41,194 bases of DNA from a virus (IMGVR_UViG_3300005805_000170:1-41194); one strand, 5' to 3'; positions 8,526 through 19,102 are shown, counted from the stretch's first letter. The notes: generated by a model from the sequence alone, not told the origin. Numbers and translations are program-made.

Positions 8526-10151
8526 TCATGTCAAACCAGCCGTATTGGGATAAACGCCACCGTTATAAAAGTCAATTTCTGGGAATCTGACTCGCAGTAT
8601 CTCTACTTGCTGCCTATGTATAAAGTCTGCATATTTTGATGCATTTGCAAGACTGTTAAGTTTTGCTAAAAATAATCCATCAGACAGATATTTGGCAATT
8701 GCCTCAGCTTCCGTGAGTTCTACCGCAAAACCACCGACAGTCCATATTGGTGTTATTAGGACAGCTGTATTGCCGGGCTTAAAACCATTGTAGTTAATGC
8801 TTAAATCTGGTTTTTGAAATATCGTGATTGAAAATGTAGTTTTTGGTACTCCGGCAACAGTCAGTACAGGCCGTGAATAGAGGGGGATATTGCCGACTGA
8901 AATCAAGCCGCTTTTCATTCGTGGGTAAACAGAGGCAAAATCGTATTCTGTCGATTGTGTTGGAAGCGGGAAATACGCACCGTTTGGTGGATATGGTACG
9001 ACGCTCGGCTCAACTCGTGTCGGCAATGGTCTTTCAGCGTCTGTTTGAAGAAACCTAACTCCTACTGGAAGTTCTTTTTCCTCTTTTGGTTCAAGTGTTG
9101 GTTTTCTGAAATTGACAGTCACCGGGTCTGGTGTTCTGTCTGTAAAACTCACTGAGTCAATCAGGTAGTACCCGTTGAGACTTGGAACATCGCCAACATA
9201 TGCCGTCATTCCTGGTCTTATTTGTGTTCCATTTTGTCTATCAACAACTATCGAGCCATCTCCATATCTGGGGTCATTTGTCGAGACGTTTATCGTTGGG
9301 TAGGACATGGCAAAGAAATAGCCAGGAGTCCCCTTCCCGACAGCAGGGTATTGAAGAGGTATGTATTTTGTGCCTTTTGTCTTAAACCGCTTTTCCTTTT
9401 TATTCCAAATTCGAACAGTATCGCCACTATCAATCCCCCATTTATGCATAAGGAATTTTTCTGAAGCGAACACCAAGAATCCATCAACTTCATAAATAAC
9501 AAATTTTGCATCTTGCGCAAGTCTTGTTAGAACGTCCCATAGAGAGTCGGCCTGTTTGTCTCCAGATGCTTTTGTTACAGTCTGTTTTTTAGATGTTTCT
9601 TCACCGAAGTACTTCAGTCCATATTTAATTGCTGCATTTTTAACAAAAGTGCTTCCAGTGCCTTTAACTGTTCCGGGCTTACGGTCCCTTTTCATTTGCT
9701 GGATTGCCTTCGTAAAGCATTTGACTTGCCATATTGGACTTCCTCCACTTCCCTGGGTGAATGTAACACTGGCAATCTCAAAAAGTTGTTTCTGTTTTAT
9801 CAAGTTTGTTCCAGAGCTGTTTATTTTGCTTAGCTGGTTCAGTGTTGTTGTTTCATAAATTACGTCTCTACCGATTTGAAAATAATTGTTTTGTGCGAAT
9901 TCAAGAACTCTCGGGTATGTTCTTTCGGCTTCTGCAATCCGTGAAAAATCAGTACTCATTGTTTCAATTACATCAAAACTAAGTTGAGATGCCTCATTCA
10001 TGGAGTAATCAACGCTTACCGAAATGATAGAGTGGTCTATATTGGTCATCACGCCATCGGATAGTGAGCCAATTGAAATCTTTCCAGCAGTATTTGGTAG
10101 ATTTCCTGAGTACGCACCAATATCTGGACTTACGTATTGAAAAGTTGCCAT
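8526..10151 (-). CDS. Baseplate hub (gpD/gp27-like) protein
   Basis: SVSVDYSMNEASQLSF, DSLWDVLTRLAQD..FVIYEVDGFLVF, IRPGMT..V.....G.YLIDSVSF. Confidence 0.65.
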   Translation of the reverse strand: MATFQYVSPDIGAYSGNLPNTAGKISIGSLSDGVMTNIDHSIISVSVDYSMNEASQLSFDVIETMSTDFSRIAEAERTYPRVLEFAQNNYFQIGRDVIYETTTLNQLSKINSSGTNLIKQKQLFEIASVTFTQGSGGSPIWQVKCFTKAIQQMKRDRKPGTVKGTGSTFVKNAAIKYGLKYFGEETSKKQTVTKASGDKQADSLWDVLTRLAQDAKFVIYEVDGFLVFASEKFLMHKWGIDSGDTVRIWNKKEKRFKTKGTKYIPLQYPAVGKGTPGYFFAMSYPTINVSTNDPRYGDGSIVVDRQNGTQIRPGMTAYVGDVPSLNGYYLIDSVSFTDRTPDPVTVNFRKPTLEPKEEKELPVGVRFLQTDAERPLPTRVEPSVVPYPPNGAYFPLPTQSTEYDFASVYPRMKSGLISVGNIPLYSRPVLTVAGVPKTTFSITIFQKPDLSINYNGFKPGNTAVLITPIWTVGGFAVELTEAEAIAKYLSDGLFLAKLNSLANASKYADFIHRQQVEILRVRFPEIDFYNGGVYPNTAGLT

Positions 10152-10159
10152 CTATCTAC

Positions 10160-11728
10160 TCAGCCCTCTTTTTGCGCCGGAAATGGATTCCCATAATTTT
10201 GTAATCTTGCAGTAAATGGGTCTCGTTCACCGAAGGCTGGTGGGACAAGAGTTGGTGGAGGAGGGATTATTTGTCCAGGAACAAGTTTTGGTAATGAAAT
10301 AATATTAATGTATTCAATTGGTACTTCTTGAAGAGTTATGTCGCATGTCGCCCTGTTTATTGAACCTGTTGCCGTTCTGATTAAGGAAGATATTGTTAAT
10401 TCACTAATTACAAATTGGACACCTGCACCTGTTGACATAGAAAATGGATTCGAATTTATCAAAAGGTCATCAAACCCATAGAGTATTACCGGGTATGGCC
10501 TAGCCGCCATATTTCTAAGATTTTCCAACTTTTCATCAATTGAGAAAGTTATTCCATCGTCTGCTGTTTCTCCGAACGCACCAGTTCTGTACGTGTTATC
10601 TGGAATAACTAAAAACTGAAATGAAACCTTCATTAGTCTGTAGTTTTTCCAGTCGACCAATGGGATTCTTCCAACTCTTTCTATTTCTGTCCATTCAGAA
10701 CCAAGGTTCTGATAATTAATCTGATTTGGTTTTGGTGAGAAAAAATGTCTAGCGGTTGTCTGTAATTGGCTGTCTCCAGATTTGTAGTACTGAACCATCT
10801 GTGGCTCTCCGCCTTCAGGTTCTCCAGGAGCAACAAATCCAAAATTTCCACGCACTCTGACTGTTGCTTTTATTGCGGCTTTTGGTGCAGCAGACTCTTC
10901 TGACTGACTTCCATTTTGATTCTTACCTTTCTTACCAGACCCAGCACCAGGACCACCACCTGCTCCGGGCGAACCTGGGTCTGCTGTCGTTGAGTCAATA
11001 AGAGCAATTGCCTGTGCCCTAGTACTTCCTTGAGCTATTAGGGCAAGTATTTTCCCTTCTGTCAGTGAGTCTTTAGTCGCGTTTCCAACTGCAGCTACTA
11101 AATATGGAACATTTGATGGTATTACATAAAATGTCTGAAACAAAGGGTGGTACCAGTAAGTTTGACCATTTTCTGAAGTCGTTCCAGTTCCTGTGACCTT
11201 AACCCACACTTGGACATTTGCACGACCGTATGGATTTTCACCTTTTGCGTTTGAGGTCTGAGATGTTTTCTTTAAGTCTTCCCATAGAACGTATTCGGGA
11301 GTTGCTCTATACACAGCAACACCAGCAACCCCTGAACCTGTAAATAATCTTGAAGTTCCAGGAACAGCGAAACTGTAACTAGGCTTACTTATTGAATCGA
11401 TTTTTGCAAGACTTGACGTTTCTACTCCGCTTGGGTCGAGTTGGTTTGGGCCAAGTTCTCGTCTTCCGTATACATATGCATTGTATTCGTCATTATTTAC
11501 GTATATTTGAAACAGTTTTGAGAATTCGGGTTTTGGGCGCCAGTATTCTACGTAGTTTACGCGAACCCATCCAGCACCTGTTGGGTCATCTGGTTTTGCC
11601 AATTTAGAGTCAACAACTTTGAATAAACCATAAATAGGAGCTCCCTTAAATTTAATTGAAACATCGTATAAGCCGGTTTTATATATTTCTTTATAATGAA
11701 TCGAACCCGTAGAATATATTGTCATCAT
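10160..11728 (-). CDS. Tail tube initiator-like / baseplate protein
   Basis: Immediately after tape measure; C-terminal F...PNQINY....WTEIERVGR.PL ... RATCDITLQE resembles tube-initiator folds. Confidence 0.5.
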   Translation of the reverse strand: MMTIYSTGSIHYKEIYKTGLYDVSIKFKGAPIYGLFKVVDSKLAKPDDPTGAGWVRVNYVEYWRPKPEFSKLFQIYVNNDEYNAYVYGRRELGPNQLDPSGVETSSLAKIDSISKPSYSFAVPGTSRLFTGSGVAGVAVYRATPEYVLWEDLKKTSQTSNAKGENPYGRANVQVWVKVTGTGTTSENGQTYWYHPLFQTFYVIPSNVPYLVAAVGNATKDSLTEGKILALIAQGSTRAQAIALIDSTTADPGSPGAGGGPGAGSGKKGKNQNGSQSEESAAPKAAIKATVRVRGNFGFVAPGEPEGGEPQMVQYYKSGDSQLQTTARHFFSPKPNQINYQNLGSEWTEIERVGRIPLVDWKNYRLMKVSFQFLVIPDNTYRTGAFGETADDGITFSIDEKLENLRNMAARPYPVILYGFDDLLINSNPFSMSTGAGVQFVISELTISSLIRTATGSINRATCDITLQEVPIEYINIISLPKLVPGQIIPPPPTLVPPAFGERDPFTARLQNYGNPFPAQKEG

Positions 11729-14700
11729 CTACGCTCCCTAATGTTTCTTTCACGTGCATCAATCTTTTGAATTACTGCTGCGGCAATTGCTTCAGGCGAT
11801 TGTCCAGGAGCGCCATTTACAGTAATGTTGTTGGTAACACTTGAACCACTCTGACCAGGCATTGATTGCGGCATCTTTCCATACGATGGAACTGTTGTGT
11901 CTCCCATGGCACCAGGACCAGGAACAACGTGGAGATGCCTGTTCGCATTTCTTCCATGGAACTCGGCAAAGCCTCCGTTTGCGTGGACGAGTTTCGAGTA
12001 CGCTCCAAGATTTTGCCCAGTAAGGTCGTATGCCCTTCCTGTGGCATGGTCTGAACTTGGAGAGCCGAGACCATATGTTCTAAAAGCAGATGTAATATTT
12101 CTTGTTCCAGTTAGCTGCCCGTTCATCGCCGCATGTCTGCTCATCGTTTGTGATAGGCGTGATGATGTTGTATCCCCAACCCCCTTTCCTCTTGGAGACG
12201 ATGTGTCCCCACCACCCATGATTGCGCTCATTGCTTCTTTTGACCACCACTCTGGTTTTTCTGAATCAGGCCCAAAAAATTTAGCCGTATGCTCGACATA
12301 TAGCCCAACTGCATCTTTAAACGCAGTGCTTGCCTCATCCATTTTCGTTGCAGCATCAAGGTTATCTTTTGGAATCTTTTCTAATTGTGATGGTGATATT
12401 CCAAGTTCAGCCATAAGGGCCTCAGAACCTCTTGATTTTGCCATACGTGTTGCCGCGTCTGTTCCAGGGAGACTCATAGTTGTTTCGTATGCAGATATCT
12501 TCGCCATGAATGCTTCTTGCTTTTCTGGACTCATTCCTGCAAGCTTTTGCTTTATTAATTCTGGGTCAGCCATTCTGCCGCCATTATTTATAACTGCGCC
12601 AACCTGAGTCGCTGCTTCTCCAAGCATCGCGTCCTCTGACTGCTTCATGTACTTTTGGAAGACTGGGTTATTGAGGAACGTTGCCGCCATGCCCTCAAGC
12701 GCTCCGCCGGTCTGGAACTGAGTTCCCTTTTCTGAACCAACAGACCTACGTAGTTCGTAGAAAGCTTTTACTGGGTCTCCACCGTAAGCTGCAGCAAGGT
12801 CTGCTGGAAGCGTCTTCATGTATTCAAGAAGATTCTTATCGGTTAAACTTCCTGCGTCATACTGGTCTTTTAGAGTCCTTGACTTAGCGTCAATTGCGTA
12901 TGTTGCGTCGATTTGTTTAATTGCTTCATCAAACAAACTTGTTGAATCAAGCAAGGCGTTTGTTTGAGCAATCTTCATTTCATCTGCAGAACGAAGCATA
13001 TTTATTTTTAATTTTGTTACAAGGTCATCAAACTTGATTGTCGCATCGTACAAGTTCACGCCAAGGTTCTTGGCTAGAGCTTCGAGTTCTGGCTTTGTTT
13101 TCCCGCTCATCTTTGACAGTGTGTCTAAGCGTTCCTTGTTTACGTCATCCATCATCTTGAATGCGTTACTGCTTTCCTCTATCTCCTTTATGTACTTCTT
13201 GACACCACTTTCAGGGTCGGCGAGCGCCTTTTTAAGTTCGTCTTCCGTCATCTTCATGCCATACTTTGCCTGATTATCAAAAAGGTCTTGTAGGAAATCT
13301 TCATTCCTATTGGTGCGTGCAGTTTTGACGTCCATTCCAATAATACCTTTAACCAACCCGGCTCCTGGTATTTTGTCAATAACTCCACCACCAGGTATTT
13401 TTGACATTATATTTCCGACAAAATCTGGCGTAAGCGCGCTCATTGCTACTGTTGCTATTTTAAGTGGGTTTAAAATCATGGAAGCGTTGCTATTCAGTAC
13501 ATCTTGAGCGACTTCTCCGGTTCTCGTTTTTTGTCCAGCAGCGGCTTTTTCTTTTAATCCTTTTGTTTTTGAAATGAAATCAGCGCCAACACCTTCAAGC
13601 GAGCCGCGTCGACCTTTTGTTATTCCTCCACCCTTAACCGCATTGAGGTTGTCTTCAAATTCAATTGAGCGCTCTGTCATGATTCCTGTGAGAACGCTTC
13701 CAACAGAACTCTTGATTGCAGCGCGTGCTTCTTTGGCTCTTTGACGAACCTCGTTTACGCCACCCATTATTCCGCCAGCAAGAAGACCAATTCCAGCACC
13801 TATCGCGATTCCTGCCGGACCAAAGAATGCACCGATTGCTGCACCGCCCATTGCTCCCGACAGCATGCCTTTTCCTTCTCCTTTCGCCGCCATTGCACCG
13901 CCAACGCCAGCTACAGCAAGACCTGCCAATGGGTTAAAAGCACCAACTGCACCACCAAGAGCCATTGCGCCACGCATTTCTTCTGGAGCGTATTGACTGG
14001 CGATACCAAGTCCCATTCCAACACCCATTTTTGCAGTCATGCTGTTGTTGATGCCCTTTTGACCAGTTTTTTCGTTGCCAAAAAGCCTTCCACCATACTG
14101 CGAGCTGCTTCGCATATATCTTTGCTTCATTGCCATATCTTTATATCTTCCACGAGCTCGCCCAAATCTGCCTTTTCCACCCTTTTTTGCATCATCATAA
14201 GCAGTACCAGGAACAAATGGATTCATTGTTCCAAGTGGTCCGGATGCTGGCATCATTCCGATTCCTGGATACGCCGTCGCAGTTGGACCGCCATATGCCT
14301 GGGCAGTTCTAGGTGCTTGCTGAGCAATTAATGAATTCTGCTGTTGAGCGTACTGACTTGCAGTCAGCCCACCACGCTGCGCAGAACTCATCCCTAGCGC
14401 TTGCTGGTATGTCATTGGTTGACGTCCAGAAGAAAAACCTGGAGCTCCAGGCGCAGCTGCAGGTCCAGGGGCTCTTGGACCGCCTACACCAGGACCAGTT
14501 CCTGTTATCGTTACATTTTGAGCTTGGACACTCATGCTCTGAAGGCCCATGCTTCCGGCACTCATGAATCCGCCCTTGGTTGCTTGCATTTTTCTGCTAC
14601 CCAAGAACATCGTCAATATTGGGAGAAGACTGAGGAATGCACCTTTACCACTAAACATGGTCATAAATCCGGCGGCCTGCTTGAACAGCATGGTAATGCC

Positions 14701-16164
14701 GCTAATTACGTCATTTATGATTGGCAATATGTCAAAGAATGCCTTCTTCAGACCCTGGGCAAAATCAGAAACACCGCGTATTAAATCTGCAATACGGTTC
14801 CCAAATTCGACGACTTCTCCCTCGTTTGCTATTAGCTCTTCTCTAAAGAGTTGTATATTTGCAACACCAGATTCTTTGAGTGCTGTAAATATAGGTGAAA
14901 AAGCTTTTTCTAAAACTCTTGCCCCATCAATAAGGGGTCTCATGGCGTCGACCATTTTTCTCCAGCCATTGGTGAACGAACTCCACCAGTTGCCAATCTT
15001 GCTAAAAAATCCTTGGGTTTTTGGTAACCAATTCTGAACGAGTCTCACTATAAGGGAGCTGACTTTGTCAACTCCAGATACAAGGGAATCCATGAAAGTT
15101 CCGGTGCCAAAAGCAGACGTTACTACCATTAATTTTCTAACATCACGAGAGATGATATTAAATATCTTTTGCATTGCTACTTTTGCTGGCTCAAGGAAAC
15201 CTTGTCCAAAGTCTGCAAACTGACCTTTAATCAAGTTGAAAAAAGTCTTAGCTTTACCTATAAGGGTATTGTTAACTGCATCAAACTGTCCAGCAACTCC
15301 ACCAAATTCAGCAAGCTTTCCAGACATGATTAATTGTTTTAATTGGTCCTTGGTTTTGACGTTTGCCTTCTTTAAGGCTTCGGCCATTTCTGGACCGACA
15401 GCGTTTGCCGCTGCTTTTACGTCAGAAAGACTTTTCTTTGAGTTTGACAGAGATTCAATTACTGCTGCAACTTTTTCTGCTGCAGCTGCTGGGTCTTGAC
15501 CAGCAGAACCGAAGTCCATTAAATTTTTAAATAAACCGGTACTCGCATTTATCTGCGGAGTACTCATTGTTTTTGACATAACCGCATATGACTTGTTCAA
15601 GGCGGCAACACCGAGCCCGGCTAGGTCAGCATCCATTTGCAAGGCACGCATTGCTGCTCGTGCTTGGTCTAATCCAGAACCTAGTTCTTTGGCTCCCTTT
15701 CCGCGATATGCGTACATTGCTGCTTGTTGCTCACGTATGGCGGCAGCCGCAGTTGCTATCGCAACAGTCGCAGCAGCTGCGCCTCCGGCTAATATCTGCA
15801 TCGCCCCTGAATAGGCTTTCGCTAAGAACTTTCCGGCAATAAATAAAGCATGGACACCGAGCATTGCTGCTCCAAGTAAAGCCATTTCAGCAATTATGCC
15901 CTTGAGGGCAAATGTTACAAACTTCTTTAGAACTCCGCCAAAAGCTTTTATCCCTTTGTCCACAAAGTCAAAGTGGCGCTTTAGTTTTCCCGTGCTTTTA
16001 GTTAAACCCTTATCCATTTTGTCTAGATAGGTGTTTACGTCACTGCGCCCGGACGAGAATTTTCCAGACTCGCGCTTGAGGCGTTTGACCGCCTGCGTCG
16101 TCTTTTCAATAGCTGTAGTCCTAGCGTCTACATCTATTTTTATGACGATTTTTTCGTCTGCCAT
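11725..16164 (-). CDS. Tape measure protein with C-terminal M15/LAS-type zinc peptidase-like domain
   Basis: 1479 aa, Ala/Gly/Lys-rich helical with hydrophobic segments, located after the chaperone. C-terminal SAFR...SDHATGRAYD...RHLHV (H-x6-D...HxH). Confidence 0.9.
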   Translation of the reverse strand: MADEKIVIKIDVDARTTAIEKTTQAVKRLKRESGKFSSGRSDVNTYLDKMDKGLTKSTGKLKRHFDFVDKGIKAFGGVLKKFVTFALKGIIAEMALLGAAMLGVHALFIAGKFLAKAYSGAMQILAGGAAAATVAIATAAAAIREQQAAMYAYRGKGAKELGSGLDQARAAMRALQMDADLAGLGVAALNKSYAVMSKTMSTPQINASTGLFKNLMDFGSAGQDPAAAAEKVAAVIESLSNSKKSLSDVKAAANAVGPEMAEALKKANVKTKDQLKQLIMSGKLAEFGGVAGQFDAVNNTLIGKAKTFFNLIKGQFADFGQGFLEPAKVAMQKIFNIISRDVRKLMVVTSAFGTGTFMDSLVSGVDKVSSLIVRLVQNWLPKTQGFFSKIGNWWSSFTNGWRKMVDAMRPLIDGARVLEKAFSPIFTALKESGVANIQLFREELIANEGEVVEFGNRIADLIRGVSDFAQGLKKAFFDILPIINDVISGITMLFKQAAGFMTMFSGKGAFLSLLPILTMFLGSRKMQATKGGFMSAGSMGLQSMSVQAQNVTITGTGPGVGGPRAPGPAAAPGAPGFSSGRQPMTYQQALGMSSAQRGGLTASQYAQQQNSLIAQQAPRTAQAYGGPTATAYPGIGMMPASGPLGTMNPFVPGTAYDDAKKGGKGRFGRARGRYKDMAMKQRYMRSSSQYGGRLFGNEKTGQKGINNSMTAKMGVGMGLGIASQYAPEEMRGAMALGGAVGAFNPLAGLAVAGVGGAMAAKGEGKGMLSGAMGGAAIGAFFGPAGIAIGAGIGLLAGGIMGGVNEVRQRAKEARAAIKSSVGSVLTGIMTERSIEFEDNLNAVKGGGITKGRRGSLEGVGADFISKTKGLKEKAAAGQKTRTGEVAQDVLNSNASMILNPLKIATVAMSALTPDFVGNIMSKIPGGGVIDKIPGAGLVKGIIGMDVKTARTNRNEDFLQDLFDNQAKYGMKMTEDELKKALADPESGVKKYIKEIEESSNAFKMMDDVNKERLDTLSKMSGKTKPELEALAKNLGVNLYDATIKFDDLVTKLKINMLRSADEMKIAQTNALLDSTSLFDEAIKQIDATYAIDAKSRTLKDQYDAGSLTDKNLLEYMKTLPADLAAAYGGDPVKAFYELRRSVGSEKGTQFQTGGALEGMAATFLNNPVFQKYMKQSEDAMLGEAATQVGAVINNGGRMADPELIKQKLAGMSPEKQEAFMAKISAYETTMSLPGTDAATRMAKSRGSEALMAELGISPSQLEKIPKDNLDAATKMDEASTAFKDAVGLYVEHTAKFFGPDSEKPEWWSKEAMSAIMGGGDTSSPRGKGVGDTTSSRLSQTMSRHAAMNGQLTGTRNITSAFRTYGLGSPSSDHATGRAYDLTGQNLGAYSKLVHANGGFAEFHGRNANRHLHVVPGPGAMGDTTVPSYGKMPQSMPGQSGSSVTNNITVNGAPGQSPEAIAAAVIQKIDARERNIRERR

Positions 16165-16228
16165 ACCTTTACTGCTCCATGTGAGTTTTTAAGTCACGTG
16201 AGTGTAAAAGCGGCCGAGCTATACAGGA

Positions 16229-16429
16229 TTATCCCTGCTGAGTCTTCGACTTTCGCTCTTGCTCTTCGCGGTCGTTAGATATAACTTTAGCACAGGCAAG
16301 CCTAATCATCCAGTCAATGTCATCCGATTGAAGAATTTCTATGGGGTCTGTCCCGAATAGTTCGCCAAGCCTGGCTGCCGTTTTTATTTCCGGCGAATCG
16401 ACTAGTTCGTCGAAGACCCCTTCGAGGGG
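16229..16429 (-). CDS. Frameshift extension of tail assembly chaperone (gpGT-like)
   Basis: The -1 frame relative to 16402..16947 is open to TAA at 16229 (PLEGVFDELVDSPEIKTAARLGELFGTDPIEIL...RLACAKVISNDREEQERKSKTQQG). It has no early start codon and sits between chaperone and tape measure. Confidence 0.7.
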   Translation of the reverse strand, partial: PLEGVFDELVDSPEIKTAARLGELFGTDPIEILQSDDIDWMIRLACAKVISNDREEQERKSKTQQG

Positions 16430-16947
16430 TCCACGGCATCAACCGTGTCTGAGTATCCAGAAGCATCAAGAATTGCTAATGCTGCTGCTTCAACGTGTGG
16501 GTCAACTCCAAAGAATGCTCTAACGCAATCTGGAAGTGGACGTGATGTTTCTGTCATTTCAAGAAGAAGTGGTGATGCAAATGTTATTTCGTTTCCGTTG
16601 TCATCAAAAACTTCTTCGCCATCAATTTCGATACCAACTGTTGTATGTCCAATAACCATGCATGCAAACTTTGTTGCATCAAGGCCATTTCGTGAATCTT
16701 CACCGGATGCTTTACGCCAGTTGCGCATTTGATTCTGGGTGATGTTCGGACTGATTCGAACATGGACGCCAGGACGCTCTGGAACTTCAAGCAAAACTAC
16801 TGTGCGTTCCACCTTCTTGGTAATAACCTCACGAAGTCGGTCTAATGCAGTGTCGCTCTTTGGGGCAGCTTCTGCTTTAGCCTGCTTTGCTTTTGCTGGT
16901 GAAACTGGAACTTCTACTTCTGTGCTGTAAAGGCTGTTGTCGCTCAT
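16402..16947 (-). CDS. Tail assembly chaperone
   Basis: Between tube and tape measure, with an overlapping -1 frame ORF. Confidence 0.75.
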   Translation of the reverse strand: MSDNSLYSTEVEVPVSPAKAKQAKAEAAPKSDTALDRLREVITKKVERTVVLLEVPERPGVHVRISPNITQNQMRNWRKASGEDSRNGLDATKFACMVIGHTTVGIEIDGEEVFDDNGNEITFASPLLLEMTETSRPLPDCVRAFFGVDPHVEAAALAILDASGYSDTVDAVDPSKGSSTN

Positions 16948-17013
16948 GTGGCAAAAACTACCACATATACAGTGGGAGCTAGTGCAACTACTTTTTGTCT
17001 AGTTTTAAAGAAA

Positions 17014-17487
17014 CTAGGCTGTTGGCGATTCAACGTCCTGGATTGCAAATGTCAGAGCAAATGTTGCTGGTGCGCCTGAAGAGGAGTCGCCGTCTGGCTC
17101 TGTGATTCCAACGAGAAGAGCCTTGTAGTAAACGCGGTCAGTACCAGGCACTGCAAGGTCGCAGTCGAAAACCTGAACAGTCACGTCGTACTCTGCACGA
17201 CCAACGAGTGGGCGGAGACGGGCAATCTTTTCTGCAATTCCAGTTCCAAGCTCTGATGCAACTCTGTCTGAGTCGTAGTGAGCCGTCAGCGTGATGTCAC
17301 CAATTTCTGATGGAGCACAAAGAACTGTCGGGCGAAGCTTTCCACCTTCGTAAATCTTCTCAACGGATGCAGTGATTTCACCACCAGACACCTGAGCGAA
17401 CTTAAAGTTTGTCCACTTAGGGTGAGTCTGGTTAATTGGCACAATACTTCCAAGTACTTGCCTTTGCGAAACTTTTGTATTTGGCAT
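17014..17487 (-). CDS. Tail tube protein
   Basis: 157 aa after sheath; FAQVSGGEITASVEKIYEGG...GDITLT...DGDSSSGAPATFALTF. Confidence 0.85.
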   Translation of the reverse strand: MPNTKVSQRQVLGSIVPINQTHPKWTNFKFAQVSGGEITASVEKIYEGGKLRPTVLCAPSEIGDITLTAHYDSDRVASELGTGIAEKIARLRPLVGRAEYDVTVQVFDCDLAVPGTDRVYYKALLVGITEPDGDSSSGAPATFALTFAIQDVESPTA

Positions 17488-17501
17488 GCTTTATTCCTCC
17501 G

Positions 17502-18962
17502 TTAGACGACTGACGCCGTAAGGTTTGACTTGATAATGTCGACTTCGATTTTGTCGCCGACGCTGCTTACACGAAGACCAACTTTTGCCTTCACAGTGCC
17601 ACCGGCAAGCTGTGAAACTGGGTTGAGCTTTGCATCACATCTGACGGTGAAACCTGAGTCAATCTTTCTTCCGTTTGCATCATAAGCCTCAAACAGGGCT
17701 CCAATATCGCGAAGCGGGGAAAGAATTGCAATGAGGCGTGATTCGATTGCGCTGAAGATTGTGTTTCTTCCATCAATCGTGCTGAAGACGAGGTCTTCAA
17801 GGCTTCTGCCAGCTTCGATGACAACATGGTTCACGGTGTCTTGTGCTGTGATATATCTAAAGTTCTCATCATCCGCTGAGAGTGAACGTGCACCGTAGAT
17901 TCTTACGGAGTTCTGAATGATTCTGATTGCGTTAACTCCAGCATCGTCAAGTGTGTCTCCGTTTGCCTTGTCGATATCGGTCTTCACACCAGCTACGAAT
18001 CTTGAAGCCGAGAGCAATCCTGCAGCTGGAACATGTGAACCAGTCTGGTTATGAGCAGTTGCTCTCTTTGCTGCTACGTAGCCAACTGGAGGGATAAAGC
18101 GTGTTACGCCGTTGATTGTTGTCGGAACCTCAATCCACGGATAATACAATGCTGCATGTTCGGCGTGGTCCCCACCCTGAAGCGCAAGTGCAGTTACCTG
18201 CACATTTGCAATAGTTGCATTTTCTACATCATGCAAGATTGCAATTCTGCTATTTGTGTTTGCATGAGCAATGAGGGCGTCATGCATTGTGGAGTTTGAT
18301 ATTTCAGGACAAGTAACAGCTCCAGAACCAAGTGCTCCGTTGAACAAATCGAGTGATTCAACGTAATCACCGACAACAACTGTTGAACCAGCAGCTCCCG
18401 TAGAAAGCGCTGTTGCAGCGAGTGCTACAGGGAGTGTTGTTGCTCCCTCTGTTGCAGATGCAGAAACATACTGAGTCGCTACTGCACTCAAGTTAATTCT
18501 TCCAGCTGCTTGAGCCACAGAGGTCACTGTTCCAGTTGAGTATGTGAGTACATCTTGGTAGTAAATGTTAATTTTGAACGATGTTCCAGCAGAAACTTCA
18601 ACTACTTCTACATCTACGTCGGCGCTCCATGTCCCAGGACCGTTTGCTGTGATTGTGAGAACGTTTACTGTTGACGAGTCGTCTAATTCAAGTTCTCCAG
18701 ATGTGGCTGATGCGCCTACAGTGCGAGCAACATAGCACTGTGTGCCACCTTCTTCGAAAAATGTTTCAACTGTTGGATGCAGGTAAGAGCTTGACAGGTA
18801 ACCACCAAACTTTGCTTCAAAGTCTGCAATGCTCTCAATGAGAACTGCTTCGTCGGTTGGTCCACGCTGTGCTTTACCAACAACAAAGAGCTGCGATGAT
18901 TCGCGAACTGTTGTTGCTGATGGACCTGTTCTTACTGCTGTTGAAATGACTACACCGGGCAT
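17502..18962 (-). CDS. Contractile tail sheath protein
   Basis: MPGVVI, FVVGKAQRGP, FFEEGG..CYVAR, GPGTW, AALYYPWI, PP.GYVA, GVNAIR...IYGARSL. Confidence 0.93.
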   Translation of the reverse strand: MPGVVISTAVRTGPSATTVRESSQLFVVGKAQRGPTDEAVLIESIADFEAKFGGYLSSSYLHPTVETFFEEGGTQCYVARTVGASATSGELELDDSSTVNVLTITANGPGTWSADVDVEVVEVSAGTSFKINIYYQDVLTYSTGTVTSVAQAAGRINLSAVATQYVSASATEGATTLPVALAATALSTGAAGSTVVVGDYVESLDLFNGALGSGAVTCPEISNSTMHDALIAHANTNSRIAILHDVENATIANVQVTALALQGGDHAEHAALYYPWIEVPTTINGVTRFIPPVGYVAAKRATAHNQTGSHVPAAGLLSASRFVAGVKTDIDKANGDTLDDAGVNAIRIIQNSVRIYGARSLSADDENFRYITAQDTVNHVVIEAGRSLEDLVFSTIDGRNTIFSAIESRLIAILSPLRDIGALFEAYDANGRKIDSGFTVRCDAKLNPVSQLAGGTVKAKVGLRVSSVGDKIEVDIIKSNLTASVV

Positions 18963-19102
18963 TGGACACTCCTGTTGCTCGTTTTAGGATTGGAATCCCG
19001 CTTATTAGTTTCAATTGTACAGATGCAAAACGTTTTTCTAATGCAACTGTTAAAAAGATTTGATGTAAACGGTTTTATGTTTTAAACCTTTTTTATTGTA
19101 CT

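Noticed and set aside
11897-12607. 236-aa plus-strand ORF and other antisense ORFs in the tape measure and tail genes
   Set aside because: Antisense shadows of well-supported minus-strand structural genes, with no motifs.
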